Shown here one piece after another: positions 29,701-43,300 of a stretch of DNA of 64,000 bases (the stretch's first letter is position 1; the number at the start of each line of letters is the position of its first letter). The DNA is from Eledone cirrhosa (lineage: Eukaryota): NCBI GenBank assembly GCA_964016885.1, contig OZ024751.1, positions 4,464,001 to 4,528,000 on the forward strand. The letters are read 5' to 3'. The position numbers and the translations under genes were made by a program. The notes below the pieces were generated by a model. That model did no database searches. It was not told the origin of the DNA and saw only the letters and a list, made by a program, of their open reading frames with translations.

Positions 29701-32700
29701 GCGGCACGAGTATAGGACGTACTACAAACTGGGATATATGTGCGTCCAACAACACATTTATCGCAGTCTTCCTAAGTATTTTGAAGTGAAACTTACCAAT
29801 TTCTGGATACCTGCAGAAGAGCACAGGAATAGGAAATTTCACTTAATTGTTGCGAAACAAATTTAAAGTTTAAAATTTAAAATTTAAATTTGTACAGGTA
29901 TCACGGCCATTGCCAATATAGGTTAGTTTTTATTCATTTATTTTTTAAAATCGAGACAGGCAAACCGTATTATTTTAATTAGTATTTTTTACTCTAGCTA
30001 ACTTGGTCATTTGCAATGCAAACACTTGTATACTTGTATCAGTGTTTATCCCTATCATATATTCATTTGTATTACACGGCTCAGAAATATCCCTTTCCTT
30101 GAGCTATTTAATTGTAAAAGACTACTTGATTTTATAACTCTATATATAATATTCTCGGCTCCGTGCGTTGATAGCTAATTTTTAGTCCCATAAAACCGGC
30201 TGCTATTTTTAGAGGCACGAGAATAGGACGTGCTAGACGCTGGAATACATGTGCGTTCAACAACACATTTATCTCAGTCTTCCTAAGTATTTTGAAGTGA
30301 AACTTACCAATTTCTGGATACCTGCAGAAGAGCACAGGAATAGGAAATTTCACTTAATTGTTGCGAAACGAATTTAAAGTTTAAAATTTAAAATTTAAAT
30401 TTATCCAGGTATCACGGCGATTGCCAATATAGTTTTGTTTTTATTGATTTATTATTTTAAATCGAGACAGGCAAACCGTATTATTTGAATTAGTATTTTT
30501 CAATCTAGCTAACTTGGTCATTTCAAATGCAAACACTTGTGTACCTCTATCAGTGTTTATCCCTATCATATATTCATTTGTATTACACGGCTCAGAAATA
30601 TCCCTTTCTTTGAGCTATTTAATTGTAAAAGACTATTTGATTTTATAACTCTATATATAATATTCTCGGCTCCGTGCGTTGATAGCTAATTTTTAGTCCC
30701 ATAAAACCGGCTGCTATTTTTAGCGGCACGAGTATAGGACGTGCTACAAACTGGAATATATGTGCGTTCAACAACACATTTATCGCAGTCTTCCTAAGTA
30801 TTTTGAAGTGAAACTTACCAATTTCTGGATACCTGCAGAAGAGCACAGGAATAGGAAATTTCACTTAATTGTTGCGAAACAAATTTAACGTTTAAAATTT
30901 AAAATTGAAATATGTCCAGGTATCACGGCTATTGCCAATATAGGTTTGTTTTTATTGATTTATTATTTTAATTCGAGACAGGCAATCCGTATTATTTTAA
31001 TAGTATTTTTCAATCTAGCTAACTTGGTCATGTGCAATGCAAACACTTGTATACTTGTATCAGTGTTTATCCCTATCATATATTCATTTGTATTACACGG
31101 CTCAGAAATATCCCTTTGTTTGAGCTATTTAATTGTAAAAGACTATTTGAGTTTATAACTCTATATATAATATTCTCGGCTCTATGAGTTGATAGCTAAT
31201 TTTTAGTCCCATAAAACAGGCTGCTATTTTTAGCGTCACGAGTATAGGACGTGCTACACGCTGGCATACATGTGCGTTCAACAACACATTTATCTCAGTC
31301 TTCCTAAGTATTTTGAAGTGAAACTTACCAATTTCTGAATACCTGCAGAAGAGCACAGGAATAGGAAATTTCACTTGATTGTTGCGAAACAAATTTAAAG
31401 TTTAAAATTTAAAATTTAAATTTGTCCAGGTATCACGGCTATTGCCAATATAGTTTTGTTTTTATTGATTTATTTGATTAAATCGAGACAGGCAAACCGT
31501 ATTATTTTAATTAGTATTTTTCAATCTAGCTAACTTGGTCATGTGCAATGCAAACACATGTATACTTGTATCAGTGTTTATCCCTATCATATATTCATTT
31601 GTATTACAAGGCTCAGAAATATCCCTTTCTTTGAGCGATTTAATTGTAAAAGACTATTTGATTTTATAACCCTATATATAATATTCTCGGCTCCATTAGT
31701 TGATAGCTAATTTTTAGTCCCATAAAACCGGCTGCTATTTTTATCGGCACGAGTATAGGACTTGCTAGACGCTGGGATACATATGCGTTCAACAACACAT
31801 TTATCGCAGTCTTCCTAAGTATTTTGAAGTGAAACTTACCAATTTCTGGATACCTGCAGAAGAGCACAGGAATAGGAAATTTCACTTAATTGTTGCGAAA
31901 CAAATTTAAAGTTTAAAATTTAAAATTTAAATTTGTCCAGGTATCACGGCTATTGCCAAGATAGGTTTGTTTTTATTGATTTATTACTTTAAATCGAGAC
32001 AGGCAAACCGTATTATTTTAATTAGTATTTTTCACTCTAGCTAACTTGGTCATTTGAAATGCAAACACTTGTATACTTGTATCAGTGTTTATCTCTATCC
32101 TATATTCATTTGTATTACACGGCTCAGAAATATCCCTTTCTTTGAGCTATTTAATTGTAAAGGTCTATTTGAGTTTATAACTCTATATATAATATTCTCG
32201 GCTCCATGCGTTGGGCTAATATTTAGTCCCATAAAACCAGCTGCTATTTTTAGCGGCACGAGAATAGGACGTGCTAGACGACGCTGGGATACATGTGCGT
32301 TCAACAACACATTTATCGCAGTCTTCCTAAGTATTTTGAAGTGAAACTTACCAATTTCTGGATACCTGCAGAAGAGCACAGGAATAGGAAATTTCACTTA
32401 GTGGTTGCGAAACAAATTTAAAGTTTAAACTTTAAAATTTATGTTTGTCAAGGTATCACGGCTATTGCCAATATAGGTTTGTTTTTATTGATTTATTATT
32501 TTAAATCGAGAGAGGCAAACCGTATTATTTTAATTAGTATTTTTCACTCTAGCTAACTTGGTCATTTGCAATGCAAACACTTGTATACATTTATCAGTGT
32601 TTATCCCTATCATATATTCATTTGTATTACACGGCTCAGAAATATCCCTTTCCTTGAGCTATTTAATTGTAAAAGACTATTTGATTTTATAACTCTATAT

Positions 32701-35625
32701 ATAATATTCTCGGCTCTATGCATTGATAGCTAATTTTTAGTCCCATAAAACAGGCTGCTATTTTTAGCGGCACGAGTATAGGACGTGCTAGACGCTGGGA
32801 TACATGTGCGTTCAACAACACATTTATCTCAGTCTTCCTAAGTATTTTGAAGTGAAACTTACCAATTTCTTGATACCTGCAGAAGAGCACAGGAATAGGA
32901 AATTTCACTTAATTGTTGCGAAACAAATTTAAAGTTTAAAATTTAAACTTTAAATTTGTACAGGTATCACGGCTATTGCCAATATAGTTTTGTTTTTATT
33001 GATTTATTTTTTTAAATCGAGACAGGCAAACCGTATTATTTTAATTAGTATTTTTTAATCTAGCTAACTTGTTCATTTGAAATGCAAACACTTGTATACT
33101 TGTATCAGTTTTTACCCTTATCCTATATTCATTTGTATTACACGGCTCAGAAATATCCCTTTCTTTGAGCTATTTAATTGTAAAAGACTATTTGAGTTTA
33201 TAGCTCTATATATAATATTCTCGGCTCCATGCGTTGGGCTAATATTTAGTCCCATAAAACCGGCTGCTATTTTTAGCGGCACGAGTATAGGACGTACTAC
33301 AAACTGGGATATATGTGCGTTCAACAACACATTTATCGCAGTCTTCCTAAGTATTTTGAAGTGAAACTTACCAATTTCTGGATACCTGCAGAAGAGCACA
33401 GGAATAGGAAATTTCACTTAGTTGTTGCGAAACAAATTTAAAGTTTAAAATTTAAAATTTAAGTTTGTCCAGGTATCACGGCTATTGCCAATATAGGTTT
33501 GTTTTTATTGATTTATTATTTTAAATCGAGAGAGGCAAACCGTATTATTTTAATTAGTATTTTTCACTCTAGCTAACTTGGTCATTTGCAATGCAAACAC
33601 TTGCATACATTTATCAGTGTTTATCCCTATCATATATTCATTTGTATTACACGGCTCAGAAATATCCCTTTCCTTGAGCTATTTAATTGTAAAAGACTAT
33701 TTGATTTTATAACTCTATATATAATATTCTCGGCTCCATGCGTTGATAGCTAATTTTTAGTCCCATAAAACAGGCTGCTATTTTTAGCGGCACGAGTATA
33801 GGACGTGCTAGACGCTGGGATACATGTGCGTTCAACAACACATTTATCTCAGTCTTCCTAAGTATTTTGAAGTGAAACTTACCAATTTCTGGATACCTGC
33901 AGAAGAGCACAGGAATAGGAAATTTCACTTAATTGTTGCGAAACAAATTTGAAGTTTAAAATTTAAACTTTAAATTTGTACAGGTATCACGGCTATTGCC
34001 AATATAGTTTTGTTTTTATTGATTTATTTTTTTAAATCGAGACAGGCAAACCGTATTATTTTAATTAGTATTTTTCAATCTAGCTAACTTGGTCATTTGA
34101 AATGCAAACACTTGTATACTTGTATCAGTGTTTATCCTTATCCTATATTCATTTGTATTACACGGCTCAGAAATATCCCTTTCTTTGAGCTATTTAATTG
34201 TAAAAGACTATTTGAGTTTATAACTCTATATATAATATTCTCGGCTCCATGCGTTGGGCTAATATTTAGTCCCATAAAACCGGCTGCTATTTTTAGCGGC
34301 ACGAGTATAGGACGTGCTACAAACTGTAATATATGTGCGTTCAACAACACAGTTATCGCAGTCTTCCTAAGTATTTTGAAGTGAAACTTACCAATTTCTG
34401 GATACCTGCAGAAGAGCACAGGAATAGGAAATTTCACTTAATTGTTGCGTAACAAGTTTAAAGTTTAAAATTTAAAATTTAAATTTGTCCAGGTATCACG
34501 ACTATTGCCAATATAGATAGTTTTTATTCATTTATTTTTTTAAATGGAGACAGGCAAACCGTATTATTTTAATTAGTATTTTTCACTCTAGCTAACTTGG
34601 TCATTTGCAATGCAAACACTTGTATACTTGTATCAGTGTTTATCCCTATCATATATTCATTTGTATTACACGGCTCAGAAATATCCCTTTCTTTGAGCTA
34701 TTTAATTGTAAAAGACTATTTGATTTTATAACTCTATATATAATATTCTCGGCTCCATGCGTTGATAGCTAATTTTTAGTCCCATAAAACCGGCTGCTAT
34801 TGTTAGCGGCACGAGTATAGGACGTGCTACAAACTGGGATATATGTGCGTTCAACAACACATTTATCGCAGTCTTCCTAAGTATTTTGAAGTGAAACTTA
34901 CCAATTTTTGGATACCTGCAGAAGAGCAGAGGAATAGGAAATTCCACTTTATTGTTGCGAAACATATTTAAAGTTTAAAATTTAAAATTTAAATTTGTCC
35001 AGGTATCACGGCTATTGCTAATATAGGTTTGTTTTTATTGATTTATTATTTTAAGTCGAGACAGGCAAACCGTATTATTTTAATTAGTATTTTTAAATCT
35101 AGCTAACTTGGTCATGTGCAATGCAAACACTTGTACACTTGTATCAGTGTTTATCCCTATCATATATTCATTTGTATTACACGGCTCAGAAATATCCCTT
35201 TTTTGAGCTACTTAATTGTAAAAGGCTATTTGAGTTTATAACTCTATATATAATATTCTCGGCTCCATGAGCTGAAAGCTAATTTTTAGTCCCATAAAAT
35301 CGGCTGCTATTTTTAGCGGCACGAGTATAGGACGTGCTATACGCTGGGATATATGTGCGTTCAACAACACATTTATCGCAGTCTTCCTAAGTATTTTGAA
35401 ATGAAACTTACCAATTTTTGGATACCTGCAGAAGAGCACAGGAATAGGAAATTCCACTTTATTGTTGCGAAACATATTTAAAGTTTAAAATTTAAAATTT
35501 AAATTTGTCCAGGTATCACGGCTATTGCCAATATAGGTTTGTTTTTATTGATTTATTATTTTAAATCGAGACAGGCAAACCGTATTATTTTAATTAGTAT
35601 TTTTCAATCTAGCTGACATGGTCAT

Positions 35626-38600
35626 TTGCAATGCAAACACTTTTATACTTGTATCAGTGTTTATCCCTATCATATATTCCTTTGTATTACACGGCTCAGA
35701 AACATCCCTTTCTTTGAGCTATTTAATTGTGAAAGGCTAGTTGAGTTTATAACTCTATATATAATATTCTCGGCTCCATGCGTTGAGCTAATATTTAGTC
35801 CTATAAAACCGGCTGCTATTTTTAGCGGAACGTGTATAGGACGTGCTAGACGCTGGGATACATGTGCGTTCAACAACACATTTATCTCAGTCTTCCTAAG
35901 TATTTTGAAGTGAAACATACGAATTTCTTGATACCTGCAGAAGAGCACAGGAATAGGAAATTTCACTTAATTGTGGCGAAACAAATTTAACGTTTAAAAT
36001 TTAAAATTTAAATTTGTCCAGGTATCACGGCTATTGCCACTATAGGTTTGTTTTTATTGATTTATTATTTTAAATCGAGACAGGCAAACCGTATTATTTT
36101 AATTAGTATTTTTCAATCTAGCTAACTTGGTCATGTGCAATGCAAACACTTGTACACTTGTATCAGTGTTTATCCCTATCTCATATTCATTTGTATTACA
36201 CGGTTCAGAAATATCCCGTTCTTTGACCTATTTAAACGTAAAAGACTATTTGAGTTCATAACTCTATATATACTGTTCTCGGCTCCATGCGTTGAGATAA
36301 TTTTTAGTCCCATAAAACCGGCTGCTATTTTTAGCGGAACGAGTACAGGACGTGCTAGACGCTGGGATACATGTGCGTTCAACAACATATTTATCTCAGT
36401 CTTCCTAAGTATTTTGAAGTGAAACATACCAATTTTTGGATACCTGCTTCTGCACAGAAATAGGAAATTTCACTTAATTGTTGCGAAATAAATTTAAAGT
36501 TTAAAATTTAAAATTTTAATTTGTCCAGGTATCACGGCTATTGCCAATATAGGTTAGATTTATTCATTTATTTGTTTAAATCGAGACAGGCAAACCGTAT
36601 TATTATAATTATTATTTTTAACTTAGCTGACTTGGTCATTTGCAATGCAAACACTTGTATACTTGTATCAGTGTTTATCCCTATCATATATTCATTTGTA
36701 TTACACGGCTCAGATATATCCCTTTCTTTGAGCTATTTAATTGTAAAAGACTATTTGAGTTTATAACTCTATATATAATATTCTCGGCTCCATGCGTCGG
36801 GCTAATATTTAGTCCCAAAATACCGGCTGCTATTTTTAGCGGCACGAGTATAGGACGTGCTAGACGCTGGGATACATGTGCGTTCAAAAACACATTTATC
36901 TCAGTCTTCCTAAGTATTTTGAAGTGAAACTTACCGATTTCTGGATACCTGCAGAAGAGCACAGGAATAGGAAATTTCACTTAATTGTTGCGAAACAAAT
37001 TTAAAGTTTAAAATTAAAAATTTAAATTTGTCCCGGTATCACGGCTATTGCCAATATAGGTTTGTTTTTATTGATTTATTATTTTAAATCGAGAGAGGCA
37101 AACCGTATTATTTTAATTAGTATTTTCAATCTAGCTAACTTGGTCATTTGAAATGCAAACACTTGTATACTTGTATCAGTGTTTATCCCTATCCTATATT
37201 CATTTGTATTACACGGCTCAGAAATATCCCTTTCTTTGAGCTATTTAATTGTAGAAGACTATTTGAGTTTATAACTCTATATATAATATTCTCGGCTTCA
37301 TCCGTTGGGCTAATATTTAGTCCCATAAAACCGGCTGCTATTTTTAGCGGCACGAGTATAGGACGTGCTACAAACTGGGATATATGTGCGTTCAACAACA
37401 CATTTATCGCAGTCTTCCTAAGTATTTTGAAGTGAAACTTACCAATTTTTGGATACCTGCAGAAGAGCACAGGAATAGGAAATTCCACTTTATTGTTGCG
37501 AAACATATTTAAAGTTTAAAATTTAAAATTTAAATTTGTCAAGGTATCACGGCTATTGCCAATATAGGTTTGTTTTTATTGATTTATTATTTTAAGTCGA
37601 GACAGGCAAACCGTATTATTTTAATTAGTATTTTTAAATCTAGCTAACTTGGTCATGTGCAATGCAAACACTTGTACACTTGTATCAGTGTTTATCCCTA
37701 TCATATATTCATTTGTATTACACGGCTCAGAAATATCCCTTTCTTTGAGCTACTTAATTGTAAAAGGCTATTTGAGTTTATAACTCTATATATAATATTC
37801 TCGGCTCCATGCGTTGAGCTAATATTTAGTCCTATAAAACCGGCTGCTATTTTTAGCGGAACGTGTATAGGACGTGCTAGACGCTGGGATACATGTGCGT
37901 TCAACAACACATTTATCTCAGTCTTCCTAAGTATTTTGAAGTGAAACATACCAATTTTTGGATACCTGCTTCTGCACAGAAATAGGAAATTTCACTTAAT
38001 TGTTGCGAAACAAATTTAAAGTTTAAAATTTAAAATTTTAATTTGTCCAGGTATCACGGCTATTGCCAATATAGGTTAGATTTATTCATTTATTTTTTTA
38101 AATCGAGACAGGCAAACCGTATTATTTTAATTAGTATTTTCAATCTAGCTAACTTGGTCATTTGCAATGCAAACACTTGTATACTTGTATCAGTGTTTAT
38201 CCCTATCATATATTCATTTGTATTACACGGCTCAGAAATATCCCTTTCTTTGAGCTATTTAATTGTAGAAGACTATTTGAGTTTATAACTCTATATATAA
38301 TATTCTCGGCTTCATCCGTTGGGCTAATATTTAGTCCCATAAAACCGGCTGGTATTTTTAGCGGCACGAGTATAGGACGTGCTACAAACTGGGATATATG
38401 TGCGTTCAACAACACATTTATCGCAGTCTTCCTAAGTATTTTGAAGTGAAACTTACCAATTTTTGGATACCTGCAGAAGAGCACAGGAATAGGAAATTCC
38501 ACTTTATTGTTGCGAAACATATTTAAAGTTTAAAATTTAAAATTTAAATTTGTCCAGGTATCACGGCTATTGCCAATATAGGTTTGTTTTTATTGATTTA

Positions 38601-41600
38601 TTATTTTTAGTCGAGACAGGCAAACCGTATTATTTTAATTAGTATTTTTAAATCTAGCTAACTTGGTCATGTGCAATGCAAACACTTGTACACTTGTATC
38701 AGTGTTTATCCCTATCATATATTCATTTGTATTACACGGCTCAGAAATATCCCTTTCTTTGAGCTACTTAATTGTAAAAGGCTATTTGAATTTATAACTC
38801 TATATATAATATTCTCGGCTCCATGAGCTGAGAGCTAATTTTTAGTCCCATAAAATCGGCTGCTATTTTTAGCGGCACGAGTATAGGACGTGCTATACGC
38901 TGGGATATATGTGCGTTCAACAACACATTTATCGCAGTCTTCCTAAGTATTTTGAAGTGAAACTTACAAATTTCTGGATACCTGCAGAAGAGCACAGGAA
39001 TAGGAAATTTCACTTAATTCTTGCGAAACAAATTTAAAGTTTAAAATTTAAAATTTAAATTTGTCCAGGTATCACGGCTATTGGCAATATAGTTTTGTTT
39101 TTATTGATTTATTTTTTTAAATCGAGACAGGCAAACCGTATTATTTTAATTAGTATTTTCAATCTAGCTAACTTGGTCATTTGAAATGCAAACACTTGTA
39201 TACTTGTATCAGTGTTTATCCCTATCCTATATTCATTTGTATTACACGGCTCAGAAATATCCCTTTCTTTGAGCTATTTAATTGTAAAAGACTATTTGAG
39301 TTTATAACTCTATATATAATATTCTCGGCTCCATGCGTCGGGATAATATTTAGTCCCATAAAACCGGCTGCTATTTTTAGCGGCACGAATATATGACGTG
39401 CTACAAACTGGGATATATGTGCGTTCAACAACACATTTATCGCAGTCTTCCTAAGTATTTTGAAGTGAAACTTACCAATTTCTGGATACCTGCAGAAGAG
39501 CACAGGAATAGGAAATTTCACTTAATTGTTGCGAAACAAATTTAACGTTTAAAATTTAAAATTTAAATTTGTCCAGGTATCACGGCTATTGCCAATATAG
39601 GTTTGTTTTTATTGATTTATTATTTTAAATCGAGACAGGCAAACCGTATTATTTTAATTAGTATTTTTCAATCTAGCTGACATGGTCATTTGCAATGCAA
39701 ACACTTGTATACTTGTATCAGTGTTTATCCCTATCATATATTCCTTTGTATTACACGGCTCAGAAATATCCCTTTCTTTGAGCTATTTAATTGTAAAAGG
39801 CTAGTTGAGTTTATAACTCTATATATAATATTGTCGGCTCCATGCGTTGAGCTAATATTTAGTCCTATAAAACCGGCTGCTATTTTTAGCGGAACGTGTA
39901 TAGGACGTGCTAGACGCTGGGATACATGTGCGTTCAACAACACATTTATCTCAGTCTTCCTAAGTATTTTGAAGTGAAACATACGAATTTCTGGATACCT
40001 GCAGAAGAGCACAGGAATAGGAAATTTCACTTAATTGTGGCGAAACAAATTTAACGTTTAAAATTTAAAATTTAAATTTGTCCAGGTGTCACGGCTATTG
40101 CCACTATAGGTTTGTTTTTATTGATTTATTATTTTAAATCGAGACAGGCAAACCGTATTATTTTAATTAGTATTTTTCAATCTAGCTAACTTGGTCATGT
40201 GCAATTCAAACACTTGTACACTTGTATCAGTGTTTATCCCTATCTCATATTCATTTGTATTACACGGTTCAGAAATATCCCGTTCTTTGACCTATTTAAA
40301 CGTAAAAGACTATTTGAGTTCATAACTCTATATATACTGTTCTCGGCTCCATGCGTTGAGATAATTTTTAGTCCCATAAAACCGGCTGCTATTTTTAGCG
40401 GAACGAGTACAGGACGTGCTAGACGCTGGGATACATGTGCGTTCAACAACACATTTATCTCAGTCTTCCTAAGTATTTTGAAGTGAAACATACCAATTTT
40501 TGGATACCTGCTTCTGCACAGAAATAGGAAATTTCACTTAATTGTTGCGAAACAAATTTAAAGTTTAAAATTTAAAATTTTAATTTGTCCAGGTATCACG
40601 GCTATTGCCAATATAGGTTAGATTTATTCATTTATTTTTTTAAATCGAGACAGGCAAACCGTATTATTATAATTATTATTTTTAACTTAGCTGACTTGGT
40701 CATTTGCAATGCAAACACTTGTATACTTGTATCAGTGTTTATCCCTATAATATATTCATTTGTATTACACGGCTCAGAAATATCCCTTTCTTTGAGCTAT
40801 TTAATTGTAAAAGACTATTTGAGTTTATAACTCTATATATAATATTCTCGGCTCCATGCGTCGGGCTAATATTTAGTCCCAAAATACCGGCTGCTATTTT
40901 TAGCGGCACGAGTATAGGACGTGCTAGACGCTGGGATACATGTGCGTTCAAAAACACATTTATCTCAGTCTTCCTAAGTATTTTGAAGTGAAACTTACCG
41001 ATGTCTGGATACCTGCAGAAGAGCACAGGAATAGGAAATTTCACTTAATTGTTGCGAAACAAATTTAACGTTTAAAATTTAAAATTTAAATTTGACCAGG
41101 TATCACGGCTATTGCCAATATAGGTTTGTTTTTATTGATTTATTATTTTAAATCGAGACAGGCAAACCGTATTATTTTAATTAGTATTTTTCAATCTAGC
41201 TGACTTGGTCATGTGCAATGCAAACACTTGTACACTTGTATCAGTGTTTATCCCTATCATATATTCATTTGTATTACACGGCTCAGAAATATCCCTTTCT
41301 TTGAGCTATTTAATTGTAAAAGACTATTTGAGTTTATAACTCTATATATAATATTCTCGGCTCCATGCGTCGGGCTAATATTTAGTCCGAAAAAACCGGC
41401 TGCTATTTTTAGCGGCACGAGTATAGGACGTGCTAGACGCTGGGATACATGTGCGTTCAAAAACACATTTATCTCAGTCTTCCTAAGTATTTTGAAGTGA
41501 AACTTACCGATTTCTGGATACCTGCAGAAGAGCACAGGAATAGGAAATTTCACTTAATTGTTGCGAAACAAATTTAACGTTTAAAATTTAAAATTTAAAT

Positions 41601-43300
41601 TTGACCAGGTATCACGGCTATTGCCACTATAGGTTTGTTTTTATTGATTTATTATTTTAAATCGAGACAGGCAAACCGTATTATTTTAATTAGTATTTTT
41701 CAATCTAGCTGACTTGGTCATGTGCAATGCAAACACTTGTACACTTGTATCAGTGTTTATCCCTATCATATATTCATTTGTATTACACGGCTCAGAAATA
41801 TCCGTATCTTTGAGCTATTTAATTGTAAAAGGCTATTTGAGTTTATAACTCTATATATAATATTCTCGGCTCCATGCGTTGAGCTAATATTTAGCCCCAT
41901 AAAACCGGCTACTATTTTTAGCGGCACGAGTATAGGACGTGCTAGACGCTGGCATACATGTGCGTTCAACAACACATTTACCTCAGTCTTCCTAAGTATT
42001 TTGAAGTGAAACATACCAATTTCTGGATACCTGCAGAAGAGCACAGGAATAGGAAATTTCACTTAATTGTGGCGAAACAAATTTAAAGTTTAAAATTTAA
42101 AATTTAAATTTGTCCAGGTATCACGTCTATTGCCAATATAGGTTTGTTTTTATTGATTGATTATTTTAAATCGAGACAGGCAAACCGTATTATTTTAATT
42201 AGTATTTTTCAATCTAGCTAACTTGGTCATGTGCAATGCAAACACTTGTACACTTGTATCAGTGTTTATCCCTATCTTATATTCATTTGTATTACACGGC
42301 TCAGAAATATCCCTTTCTTTGAGCTATTTAAATGTAAAAGACTATTTGAGTTCATAACTCTATATATACTGTTCTCCGCTCCATGCGTTGAGATAATTTT
42401 TGTCCCATAAAACCGGCTGCTATTTTTAGCGGCACGAGTACAGGACGTGCTAGACGCTGGGATACATGTACGTTCAACAACACATTTATCTCAGTCTTCC
42501 TAAATAGTTTGAATTGAAACTTACCAATTTCTGGATACCTGCAGAAGAGCACAGGAATAGGAAATTCCACCTTATTGTTGCGAAACATATTTAAAGTTTA
42601 AAATTTAAAATTTAAATTTGTCCAGGTATCACGGCTATTGCCAATATAGGTTTGTTTTTATTGATTTATTATTTTAAATCGAGACAGGCAAACCGTATTA
42701 TTTTAATTAGTATTTTTAAATCTAGCTAACTTGGTCATGTGCAATGCAAACACTTGTACACTTGTATCAGTGTTTATCCCTATCATATATTCATTTGTAT
42801 TACACGGCTCAGAAATATCCCTTTCTTTGAGCTACTTAATTGTAAAAGGCTATTTGAGTTTATAACTCTATATATAATATTCTCGGCTCCATGAGCTGAG
42901 AGCTAATTTTTAGTCCCATAAAATCGGCTGCTATTTTTAGCGGCACGAGTATAGGACGTGCTATACGCTGGGATATATGTGCGTTCAACAACACATTTAT
43001 CGCAGTCTTCCTAAGTATTTTGAAGTGAAACTTACAAATTTCTGGATACCTGCAGAAGAGCACAGGAATAGGAAATTTCACTTAATTCTTGCGAAACAAA
43101 TTTAAAGTTTAAAATTTAAAATTTAAATTTGTCCAGGTATCACGGCTATTGGCAATATAGTTTTGTTTTTATTGATTTATTTTTTTAAATCGAGACAGGC
43201 AAACCGTATTATTTTAATTAGTATTTTCAATCTAGCTAACTTGGTCATTTGAAATGCAAACACTTGTATACTTGTATCAGTGTTTATCCCTATCCTATAT
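35626..43300. repeat. Degenerate 8-monomer duplication, period about 4064-4068 bp
   Basis: Rare-variant monomers recur at 35626/39690, 36135/40199, 36640/40704 and 38792/42860. Some intervening monomers differ. Confidence 0.7.
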
